Assembly: GCA_044892525.1 (NCBI GenBank)
Contig: CM097888.1
Coordinates: 34,782,001-34,846,000 of the forward strand
Direction of reading: 5' to 3'
From: Schmidtea polychroa
Lineage: Eukaryota
DNA length: 64,000 nucleotides
In this document: in pieces, positions 1-10,981 of the stretch
Layout of the letters: the number at the start of each line of letters is the position of its first letter
Numbering within the stretch: the first letter of the stretch is position 1
The notes under the pieces: model-generated
Told to the model about the DNA's origin: nothing
The model's database searches: none
The model's input: only the letters and a program-made list of their open reading frames with translations
Position numbers and translations under genes: made by a program

Positions 1-536
1 CTAATAGAAAAGTGTAATGATATATTTGTGAAGTGAAAATTAGGCAATAAAAGTTGAAATATTTTTATCAGAAAACTAAAATATTTATTTTATCAACTAA
101 CACATTTCACTAATTTGTTCCTGTGCGCTAATTGTTCTTATTCGTCAATTATAAATATGCGGATTATATTACGCGAACCATTTATATAAATAACAACTGT
201 ATGTTATATTGTGCAATCTATTTTGTAATCACAATGAAATTCTTTCTAAATATTTTCATCAATAAGATAAATTCTTTCTCAGTTCTTTCATCTTTAACAT
301 TTACAAGACCTTCCTCATCAACACCAGTCAGTAGACAGTCTTTAACAAGTTAGAATATTTGAACAAAATAATCATTTTCAATCTCATTTGAACATGAAAT
401 TATTTGTAAAAACTAATCACAAACAAATATTTATAGTAGTAGTGACACGTGAGGAGTCAAGCTCATTATATAATATTATATAATATTTGTATGGGTACCC
501 GGGTACGGCATTATAAAATTTTATAAAATTATGTAA

Positions 537-540
<4 letters not shown>

Positions 541-570
<30 letters not shown>
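541..570. repeat. (TA)n microsatellite
   Basis: 15 uninterrupted TA units. Confidence 0.95.
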
Positions 571-575
<5 letters not shown>

Positions 576-960
576 CAAAGGATACAAAATATAAAAAAGC
601 TATACAATATACTGTAAATTTTTATTTCTGTAAATATTTATTTCCCTTTTGTTATTTAATGCACATTTCCTTAACCAGTAATAAATAAAAGCAATCAATT
701 TCATATATTGCACTTATAAAATTAATTCTGTCTTGTTATTTATATAGGACATGTCAAACTTAACATCAGTATGAAAGAATGAATATAAACGAAATCGTAA
801 ATAACAGATCAAATGTGAAAATGTTAAAAGATTTTAATGAAAAAAATAACATTGCTCTTATTTGACATCTAATGTTGCTTTCGAATCGAATTCTAAATAC
901 AGTAAGGCTAATTAAAATGTATAAGATTTCCAAACCATATTAACAAATAATTATATTTAA

Positions 961-1193
961 CCCTTTCCACTCATCTCGGTAAAATTTCTTGTCAATTTTT
1001 TTTTGGCTTTACATTCATTAACACTTAAGAATGTTTGCGACACAAACATCAATTCTTTCCGATTTGTAATTCATGAGATAGGTGGAATAAATCATTACAA
1101 ATTCCTACATAGATTCTTAAAATTTCACAAATTCTCTAAATTAAATATGAGTGCAAGAAACAAACACGAGCAAATTAATGTGAGTGGAAAAGG
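961..1193. mobile_element. piggyBac-type MITE (233 bp)
   Basis: TTAA at 957-960 and 1194-1197. 13-bp TIRs CCCTTTCCACTCA / CCTTTTCCACTCA (12/13 identical). No transposase. Confidence 0.85.
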
Positions 1194-2957
1194 TTAATAT
1201 TAGTTTATAAATATTTTTATCATTATTTTTTATTAATTCATTTTTAAAATGAAAATTTAATGTATTTTATTCTATTTCACTCTAAAAACTATTTCTACTC
1301 ACCAAGAGAAATTTGATAATTTATCAAAAATTTATCCTTTTAGGGGAAAATTCACATAAAAGCTAAAATTAGACTTCTAATACTATAAAATTATATTTTT
1401 TATCCGAATAATTATTTTCAGACTTGTTTTGAGTAATAAATAAATGCAATCAATTTCATATATTGCACTTACAAAATTAATTCTGTCTGTTTGAAATTAT
1501 TTTAAATAATTCAGCTGTATCAGATATGCAATTTGTGAATTTTAAATTAATTTTTAAATTAAAATTATCAGGAAAAGATTAGGTTAATTTAAATCTTCTT
1601 AAAAGCGAATTTTATTTTCAAATACATTTGTTTCAAATCAATTGCAGTCATTTATAATTTAAGAAAAGTCAATTAAGTTATGTTACACCTGTTTCCATAA
1701 AATAATATAACATTTATAATACAAGTTTGTATGCAAAACAATAGATGAGTCATAATTTGTCAGAACCATTTTTTTCAAATAATGAATTTCCAAATTATCG
1801 GTTTATATGGATATTTTACAATTGGAGTAAGTTTTAATTATTTTTAGCTTAAATTTATCCTATATTATTTACCACATATTTTCATTCTATTTATGTCCTT
1901 TGATAAATGTTTTAAATAGATGTATATTAGATTATATAATCTAAGTTTATTAAATTTTTATATTATAGATGATATTATTACATGCAAAGAAAGTAGTTTT
2001 AAAAAAAATCAATTTCACAATGAATAAAACAATAGTTATTTAAATCAATATAATTATTTTATTATTTATTTATATTTTTATAATAAATATTAAGAATATT
2101 AGAAAATAAAATATTTTTCTTGCTTCAAAAAACATAATATTATTTTGTGTAAAGAAATTAAAATATATAATCACTAACAAATATATGTTTAATCAAAATG
2201 TAAATGAAATGAATTACTACTAATAATAAATTAAGAAAATAATGAAAATAACAATTTATACTTACATGTGCAATATAAAATATGTTAAATTCATTTTTTA
2301 TACAGATAAATACTTTGTATTTTATAACAAAAAATGATTAAGCCTAAGAGATGGAGTGAATATTTGTCAAAAAGAATCTTGAATTTCCATCATATTAATC
2401 TTTATGAATCAAATTGTAAATTGAGGAACATTGAGAAAAACAGGTAAAATATCGTTCCCATTTTAGTATTATGAATTATTGTTTTATTTAGAATATGACA
2501 AAAAGATAATGATAAATTCTACAATGTTGATTTACATCCAAAATTTATTGTGCAACAAAAAATTTCCGTAAAATTAACAATACCATAGATTTTTATGCTA
2601 TAGAAATTCAAAATATTAAAGTGAGCTCAATTTCATAACATTTATTAAAACCGTTAATTCAATGCCAAAGAAAGGTTATGTACATATCTCTTCACTTTTT
2701 AATATTTTAATATTTCTTATTTTGTATTAAAATATCTCCGAATATTTAATATCAATATTAATTATTGTTAAATGCATGGAGGTAGTGTTCGTAATGTTTA
2801 ATTATGTGTGAGTTGTGTAAAGGTGTATGGTAATGTATTTATATTAGAGCGAGGAAGAAATTTGTGGGACCCAGTCGAGTCACCTTTAAATAAGTCCTGT
2901 TTCGGGACATCTTAAGTGATTGTGTATAGACAAACAGATGTAAATTGATCTCGATTA

Positions 2958-3138
2958 TTAATTCGGATGATTGAGGTTCTTTTTCTTTAGTAGTATGTAG
3001 TAAGATCTTTTATTAGAAATTAAAACTTTAATTCGGATAATTGAGACTTCTTTTCTTTGATAATATGTTGTACGATTTTTGTTAGAAATTGAAAATTTAA
3101 TTCGAGTAATCTAGACTTCCTTTCTTTGATAATGTTGC
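2958..3138. repeat. Diverged ~70-bp tandem repeat, ~2.6 copies
   Basis: Units start with TTAATTCG at 2958, 3028 and 3097 and share GA(G/C)TTC..TTCTTT and TTAGAAATT blocks. It follows an LTR-like segment at ~2855-2928. Confidence 0.75.
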
Positions 3139-4142
3139 AAAAAATTTCAAAAAATACTTGTTAACAAATTCTCAGTGTTTCTAAGACTTCCAAAAATTGT
3201 TTTTTTAAACTAATTCTTAATGATTTTTTTTAATTTTGTAATTTTCTATAGTAATTATTTACTATAGAGAATTATTCTATATAGTACTGTTTATTTTGAT
3301 AGTATCATAAACACCATAATATTAAGAATAACTTTATATTGTTATTCCTAATACAATTTCATAATTATTACAAAAACAAAATATAATAAACAGTACATTA
3401 TAAATATTATTTTAGAAATTTTGACAAAATATTACAAAATATTAATATATTCTTTTATAAAACTAGAAAATTTAAACTCACCAAAATAAGGCAAATAAGC
3501 TTTGGAAGGTTTTGATTATTTTCTACGTCTATGAGAGGTTTTATTAAGAATTTCATATCACAATTTTAAATTAACCCTAATTTTTGTTTCAATTAATGGT
3601 TTATTGTCCTAATTATTTAAATAGAATTTATTTGAAAAAAAGAAATAAAAGTTCTCGTCCTCTCGAAAGAAAAATTAGTGTAGTAGAGAAATATGTGAAT
3701 GTTTCACTACACTGATTAATTATTCATTAAAATTTGAAGTCATCCGTTAAAAATTTCTGAATAACTGATCGTTGTCATTAACAATCATTTTTCTTATTTT
3801 TTCACGTTCAGATATTTTACAGCTAGATACATGGTTCCATTTTGTTTCAAACATTTCTTTTGTAAACAAGTATTTTTGTTTAGAATTTGATATTTCTATT
3901 TAAATTGCCTGTTTATTATATTCATTGTTTTTGTTATTGTTGATTGTCAAATATTCTAGTGTATATTGTTATAATTTGTTTTTTCATAATTTTCACTGAA
4001 AATTCTCTATCGTTTACAGGAAATAGACATTTTATTGAGTAATATATAATTAAAATTAATTATTTTCAATGATTAGCTATTCGCGGTAAATAAAATGAAA
4101 TTTTACATATTTTAAATAAATAAATAATATTAGTTATTATTA

Positions 4143-4146
<4 letters not shown>

Positions 4147-4200
<54 letters not shown>
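4147..4200. repeat. (ATT)n microsatellite
   Basis: About 18 ATT units. Confidence 0.95.
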
Positions 4201-4201
<1 letters not shown>

Positions 4202-6639
4202 TATTTGTAAAATAGTATTTACAAAATTTATTATTATGAGATTGCAGCTTTAAAATGTACCATTCCAAATGATAAAACCAAGAAATATTAAACATCAAAA
4301 ATATTTTAGAATTTTAGATATTTTGAATACAAAAATGTAACATGTTTTTTGTAACTATGTTAATTTCAACGCAAAAATATAATCATGTTGTTCCACATTT
4401 AATTCATACTAGAATTTGTTTTCTATGATCATTTAAGTTTTTTAAATTGCAATTTTTCATTTAATAATGTCTACATTTATGACAAGATTTCTATAAATTA
4501 TCCTTTGGGATTTAAAAATAATTAAGTCAAATCAAATAAGTCAAAATTGTCTCAAACTCAGTAACTTCGTTATTTATTGTAATTTAAAAGTTTAAATGGC
4601 ACAAAAGATAATTAGGAATATAAAATTTCACTAAACTAACATTTATCAATTCCTTAATTTTTTATTAATTCCTAAAATGAACCACAGTCAAATTTGACCT
4701 ATGTTTTATAGGTAGAAGTGGCGTAAATGTGAACACGTAATCTTCATGGACCAAGGACCTTTTGCTATTGCATTTTCGAAAATTTAGTTTAAATGTGAAT
4801 ATTGTTTTATTAAATATTTTGTTTTTGGTAGTAATTATTACACAATATAATTTAATACTTGAATTGCAATTTTATTAAAAATTATTATATTTCAAAATTA
4901 AAATTAAAATATGCATTTTAATTTTAAACCATTTTAATTCTAATTTATTTTAAAATAATTTAAGTTTCACTTTTAATTTTACAAAATTTTATCATGAAAT
5001 AATTTTAATTTAACANNNNNNNNNNNNNNNNNNNNNNNNNNNNNNNNNNNNNNNNNNNNNNNNNNNNNNNNNNNNNNNNNNNNNNNNNNNNNNNNNNNNN
5101 NNNNNNNNNNNNNNNNNNNNNNNNNNNNNNNNNNNNNNNNNNNNNNNNNNNNNNNNNNNNNNNNNNNNNNNNNNNNNNNNNNNNNNNNNNNNNNNNNNNN
5201 NNNNNNNNNNAATTTAAAAATAATACACTATTAATTTAAAATATAAGTCTAATAAATGAAAATTTTAAATATTTACTAAAAGATAAAAGATTCTATATAA
5301 TGATGTAAGTCATTTTGAAAATGACTTATCTTTTATTTTATTATCTCAAACAACAAACTATGAGAATTCTTAAACTTTTTTAAAAATGTTTCAAAAATTT
5401 TATCTAAAATTACCAAATATTGACACTCACTACTTGAGAAATATTTACTAATGAATAATACAAAGCTAAATCTAATTATTCTGTGAGAAAAATAATTGTT
5501 TTAGTGTGGAATTTTCTAGTAATGGGATATTAATGGTAGTAAATAGTTCCCCTAATAATTATTTCTAAAAATAGTCAACTGAATAGCTTTAAGGGAATGT
5601 CAATTTTTAATGCTCAAATAATTTGCAAATAGTTTATTTTGTAACCAAGTTTTCTCTTTTACTGTTGTTTGTTTGAAGTTTATTAATTTGTGTTTAAAAA
5701 CAGCTTATTCTCGAGCGTCAAATAACTGAAACTAAATTACGATTCAAATGTATTATTGCAAAGCCGAGATTCTTTTCGCTGAGTTGATTTTATAGAAAAC
5801 AGTTTAGCAAGAATAATAGCTATAAATGAATATGTTGTTATATTATTTGAAAGAGATGGGTAATTTATTCACATAATAATTCAATTAATTTTCTATTGTA
5901 AATCTTATGTACAAAATTGGTTGCTGATTAAATGCAAATATGAATTTCTTATCCAGGCATAAATTGAAAGCTTTTTGTTATATGTAATAAGATTATCTGA
6001 ATATGTTACAATTATATATACAATTCGGATAAATTAAAGTAAATTATTACATTATATTAAAGTAATTAAAGATATTTTATAAACAATTTTAATTAATTAT
6101 CATCATATATATTATAAGTAACAGCACTTTTTGTATTTATTGAGTCCATAAAAGTCATAATAATAATAATAATTATCATGTTTTCAAATCATGTATTTTT
6201 ATTTACAGTAATATTTAAACAAATTATTAGTTTCTTTGAGTTTTTCTAATAAAATAATTAATAAATAAATAAGACTTTCAACATAAAATAATACTTTTAA
6301 TAAATAATTTAAAAGATCTTACAAATAAGATATAAATTATTAATGTTTTTTTTATTAAAATTCTTCAAAACCTCACTTTTCATTTATTTAAACTGACTTC
6401 TGGTGAATAATCTAATTAATTAATTTTGATATTGACACTGACTTGTTTATAAAATAATTTAATTTGTAATTAATTAATTTATGATTAATTAATTTTTAAA
6501 TTAATTCAATTTCTCACTATTTGTAAATTGTAATTAAACTTGCTATCAATTACTTTGTAAATTAACATCCAGCAGATGATTTGATCAACTGTTTTTTAAC
6601 ATTTTTACAAATGTAAGAAACGTCGGATTAATTCTCTGT

Positions 6640-7050
6640 CGAAGACCCATTACTTATATACAATATATTCAACTCTGATAAACATTGTAAAGAGAATCGT
6701 TTATAACTGTTTTTAGATATCAGTGTTAAAGAGTGGTGGACATGAGGTGGCAAACAAACTAGAAATAAAAAATATTGTTGCAAATATTTGATATAAATAA
6801 ACATTGCAAAGCAAATTTTAAACAATGAATGTTTGTTTAATATTATTTACTGTTAAAAGAGTATGCCAAGATGCCTAGACTTATTTATCAAATTACTAGA
6901 AAAACATGAACTTGTAAACCAGCTAAAGACACAATCAGATGTAAATATAAAGAAAAACTGAATTATTTTCCTATAATTTGGAAAGTATATTCTCCGCTCC
7001 TGATATATAAATTCAGAATTACATGCTACTACTAATAATAATAAAAATAA
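6640..7050 (+). mobile_element. Possible heavily decayed Penelope-like RT remnant
   Basis: Short translated pieces NIFNSDKH and ENRL*LFLDISVK resemble the PLE RT thumb region (N..H..IKFT.E.E.N..LPFLD). Hammerhead-like motifs lie just downstream. Confidence 0.3.
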
Positions 7051-7397
7051 AAGAAGCCGTTTCGTTTGTTCATTCATTGTGTTTCTATTTTATTTATTGC
7101 TCGCTAATTTTTCAATAGAGGTTTGTTTTTGGGTTTTCTTCTCATGTTTTTGTTTGATATCTAGATTTGGTATTTTCTTTGGACGATCAAGAAAATAATT
7201 TCATCAAAATAAAATAAATATTTATCAATGTCATGTAATGTAAGTGTTAATAAGAACTTCTTTTGATTTTCACCTCTGATTTCTTTTCATTTTCAATTGA
7301 CATTGTATTTTTTTAAATTTATTATGAATCAGTAGAGATTTATTTTATTTTTATTATAAATAGTTAAACATACATGGTAACGATTTAATTATAATTT

Positions 7398-7444
7398 AAC
7401 ATTCTTTTCGCGATATATTTCGACAGTTTTCCTGTCATCATCAG
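7398..7444 (-). ncRNA. Minimal type I hammerhead ribozyme motif (Penelope-type), intact core
   Basis: Minus strand reads CTGATGA-T-GACAG-GAAAA-CTGTC-GAA-ATATAT-C-GCGAAAAGAATGTT. This gives the CUGAUGA/GAAA core, a 5-bp stem II, a palindromic ATATAT helix III and an AUC cleavage triplet. Helix I pairing is poor in this copy. Confidence 0.65.
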
Positions 7445-7716
7445 ATAGGATATAATAACTATATAAATTAAGGATTTTTAAATTTCAACATACTAAATTA
7501 AATTTAATAATTTATTAATTATTTAATTTAACAACAACAATCGATAGATACAATCTACAAAAATTTATTTAAAAACATTTAAAAAACAATTCTGCACAAT
7601 AATTTTCAGATTCAGTGACTTTATTAATAACGCCTCACAAATTTCACAAATTATATAATTAATAATTAATACAATTGACAAATTTGTTCAAAAATCCTTA
7701 ATTTATAAAGTTAACC

Positions 7717-7766
7717 CACCTGATGCTGACAGGAAAACTGTTGAAATGTATCGTGAAAAGAATGTT
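7717..7766 (+). ncRNA. Degenerate hammerhead ribozyme motif, inverted copy of 7398-7444
   Basis: CAC-CTGATGC-T-GACAG-GAAAA-CTGTT-GAA-ATGTAT-C-GTG-AAAAGAATGTT. Core A9 is changed to C, but helix I (CAC/GTG) pairs. Confidence 0.55.
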
Positions 7767-8038
7767 TGATTGGCGCTTTCTTATATTTTTATTATGTTAT
7801 TATTATGTTTTTATTATATTTTTTTGATATCTTAACTGATTCCTAGTCAATATTTTGAAAATAAGTGTTAACAATTAATATATTATAAATTATAAAGTTA
7901 TTGTAGTTAAAATCTAAAATATCTGATTCAGATATAAAAGAAACCAAAGAAACAAAAATGAAGAATATGGTGAAATTTAATCCGAAATGAAAAACATACG
8001 AATAAATTTGTCAATGTGGTGATCATATTCATTATATA

Positions 8039-8384
8039 CAACGTTCCCTCTAAGCTGCGCGCGTGGGCGCGCGCAGCACCTCCAACTCCCCAGCGCAGCA
8101 AAATTATTTTCAGCGCAGTATATTTAATTCAACCGTTTCATGGCAGTTGTTCCTAGTAAAAAGCACACGGAAATTGTCGATGTAAATGGACCATTTGGTT
8201 CATTTTGAATATTTAAAAATTTTCAATGTTAATAACCAGATGCATAATAACGGTATATTTCTGTAGTGTCGTTTTAAAACTCTTACAACCACGTTATAGC
8301 ATTTTGACGCTCATTTGTATTTAAAGGCTGCTCAGTGCAGCTGACTTTGCGCGCACTGCTGCTTATGGCTTAGAGGGAACATTG
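8039..8384. mobile_element. hAT-type MITE (346 bp)
   Basis: TIRs CAACGTTCCCTCTAAGC / CAATGTTCCCTCTAAGC (1 mismatch). Perfect 8-bp TSD ATTATATA at 8031-8038 and 8385-8392. Confidence 0.9.
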
Positions 8385-8967
8385 ATTATATATTGTGTAA
8401 TAACTTGAAAACTTCGATGGCATAAGGTGGAGAAAATGATATAAAATTATTTTATAAATAATTTATGTTTCTAAAACTTGTCAAGCCCTTCTGGCAGAAA
8501 CCTTTAGTAAAATAAAGCTGAAAGTAATTAATAGCTGATTTCCAAAATTGGAAGAAATCGATATTCACATTCTGCGACACATTAATCAACCAATAAAAAT
8601 TTCAACCAATAAAATTAAATTAACTTTTATTATTGATTGTTAAAAGATTTTTTAATAAAAATTAATAGTAATATTTCAATATTTTAATATCAGTGGAAAT
8701 TAATTAATTTCCATTTTATTAAGTCTTCATTGCATCCAATATTGATACGATTCATGAAGCTTCTATTCAATGGGCAATAAAGCCCTGATTTTGAATGGCA
8801 TTAAAACCAGAAAACTGTCATCTAAGAATATAAATCAAACGACAAAATTCAGTTTCTTTGAAAATAAATCAAAAACAATGAATTACATATTGACAAATCT
8901 ATCACAATAATCGCACAGTCAATATAATAATCACTCGAATTGTTAAGTTAAAAAAAGAATAAATTAA

Positions 8968-9651
8968 TCATATAATGTCACATTTTCTATTTAATTTCCC
9001 ACTCGTGTGAGACAAAAGTCGAAAAGACTTGTTTGCAGTTTGACTTCGATTCAAAGTGGCGAAAAGATGATTACTGTCCATTTGTAGAAGCTCTTGAAAC
9101 ATATCTTTAATGTTTGTATTATCTTTAGCTGATGTCTCTATGAATCCACAATTCCATTCGTCTGCAACTTTTTTCCCTTCTTCAAAGCTGACTTCTCTGC
9201 ATTCATTCAAATCGCATTTGTTACCAGCTAGCATAATAGGCACTTCATTTATGTTAGAATTCTTTGACACTTTTATATCTTCATAGATTTCCGCCAATTC
9301 ATTCAGATTCGAATGACTTTGAATAGAATAAACTAATACGAAAGCGTTTCCCGTTTCTATGCTTAACTTGTGCATCGCCGGGAACTGGTGACTGCCGGAA
9401 GTGTCGATTATTTGTAATGTAAAAATCTGTTTGTTATAGCTAATAACTTGTCGGTAAGCATCTTCTATTGTTGGCACATAGAGATCGGAAAATGTTCCTT
9501 TGATAAAACGCTTGATTAAAGAGGTTTTTCCAACCTTAGAAGCTCCAAAAAGAACAATTTTATAATCACTTTGAGGATCGAAAAATGAATCTTGAATATT
9601 AGTTGGAGTTGAAGATGTGGTCGAGTTTGGTATGGTGAGATTGTTGGTACC
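8968..9651 (-). CDS. DIRAS: Di-Ras-like (DIRAS/RASD group) small GTPase, terminal coding exon; start codon in an upstream exon not identified
   Basis: The frame extends upstream of the listed ORF to an acceptor (tttag| at 9652): GTNNLT...PQSDYKIVLFGASKVGKTSLIKRFIKGTFSDLYVPTIEDAYRQVIS...DTSGSHQFPAM...GNKCD...ETSAK...CDII*. All G1-G5 boxes and a CAAX end are present. YRQVIS and GSHQFPAM match Di-Ras. Confidence 0.88.
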   Translation of the reverse strand, partial: GTNNLTIPNSTTSSTPTNIQDSFFDPQSDYKIVLFGASKVGKTSLIKRFIKGTFSDLYVPTIEDAYRQVISYNKQIFTLQIIDTSGSHQFPAMHKLSIETGNAFVLVYSIQSHSNLNELAEIYEDIKVSKNSNINEVPIMLAGNKCDLNECREVSFEEGKKVADEWNCGFIETSAKDNTNIKDMFQELLQMDSNHLFATLNRSQTANKSFRLLSHTSGKLNRKCDII

Positions 9652-9999
9652 CTAAATATATTTTGCATCTCAATTAATGCTTATCTGCAGCTTTACAGAA
9701 TAGAAATAAATATTGTCAGAACAATGATGCATTTAATTAAACAGATCCTTTGANNNNNNNNNNNNNNNNNNNNNNNNNNNNNNNNNNNNNNNNNNNNNNN
9801 NNNNNNNNNNNNNNNNNNNNNNNNNNNNNNNNNNNNNNNNNNNNNNNNNNNNNNNNNNNNNNNNNNNNNNNNNNNNNNNNNNNNNNNNNNNNNNNNNNNN
9901 NNNNNNNNNNNNNNNNNNNNNNNNNNNNNNNNNNNNNNNNNNNNNNNNNNNNNNNNNNNNNNNNNNNNNNNNNNNNNNNNNNNNNNNNNNNNNNNNNNN

Positions 10000-10981
10000 C
10001 TTAAGTCGGTTCCCTCTGACTCCTCGTGTCCTTTAAATCAAAACAATAACGACCCAACGCATATTGAAATAACAAATTCACAATCTTTTCTCACCACTTT
10101 ACAATTAATAATCAAAGTTACGTTTGACCGATTCTCCGCTCGGTGTTGATGCTTTGATAATGATAATATTCACCTTTTATTCTCTTAGGTTCTCTTGACC
10201 AACGTTTTTCTCTTTTTCTGTTTGATTTGATCCTTTTCACGCTTTTTATTCTTATTCTCTCTTTTTTTCCCTAATCTCCTAAATTCGTTTTCGCCTTTTC
10301 CTAAGCTCGGTTTCTTCTTACCCTACCTGAGGCAAAATGCCGATTTGCTCTGATTTTCCCTTTCCTTATATACTCCTCGAAATCGGGATGACAAATGGTT
10401 ATTGCCGAGCCAATCTTTCACTTGACATTTGCTTCCACGCATCTGCTTCGACTGTCACCCATAATGGTCCAACGAACCAAGATAATTAATGGCCCTTCCG
10501 GCCTTTCTACACGCACTATCTTCTCCTTGCTCTTTTCCAATTAATCATTGTGTCAAGCTAATGGGCCCAAATCTTCTTCTGTTTACTTTTCTTCTTGTTT
10601 ACCCAGCTCGGGTTTCCTTCATCTCTCGGGTTCTCAATTGGCTCGGGTTTCCCATTAGCTCGGGTTTTCTATTAGCCAATTAATTAATTAATTAACGTTT
10701 TCTGTTTTCACACATTTGAATGCTTTTCGACCCTTCCTAACCATTTTCTGGTAAATCCCTAACCATTATCTTGTTGACCATTAGCTACTCTATACCTGTC
10801 CCGTTTTCCCCATTCGATTTCGATGATTCTTTAATTTATTGATTTTTCTCGGATTTCCGGATTCTTGCCTTTCGTAATTGCTTTTGGCATTTTCTAATAC
10901 TGCTTCCATCACACTTTCCTTTACTATCGATTCTGTGCATGATCCCGCTATTATTTGTCTTTTTTCTCACTTACATTTTAT
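10000..10981. repeat. Dispersed repeat of unknown class (LTR-element-like non-coding sequence), bounded by gaps
   Basis: GC-richer island with repeated GGGTTT(C)C motifs followed by (TTAA)n. Homologous blocks recur at 56674-56703 and 57128-57200. Confidence 0.5.
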
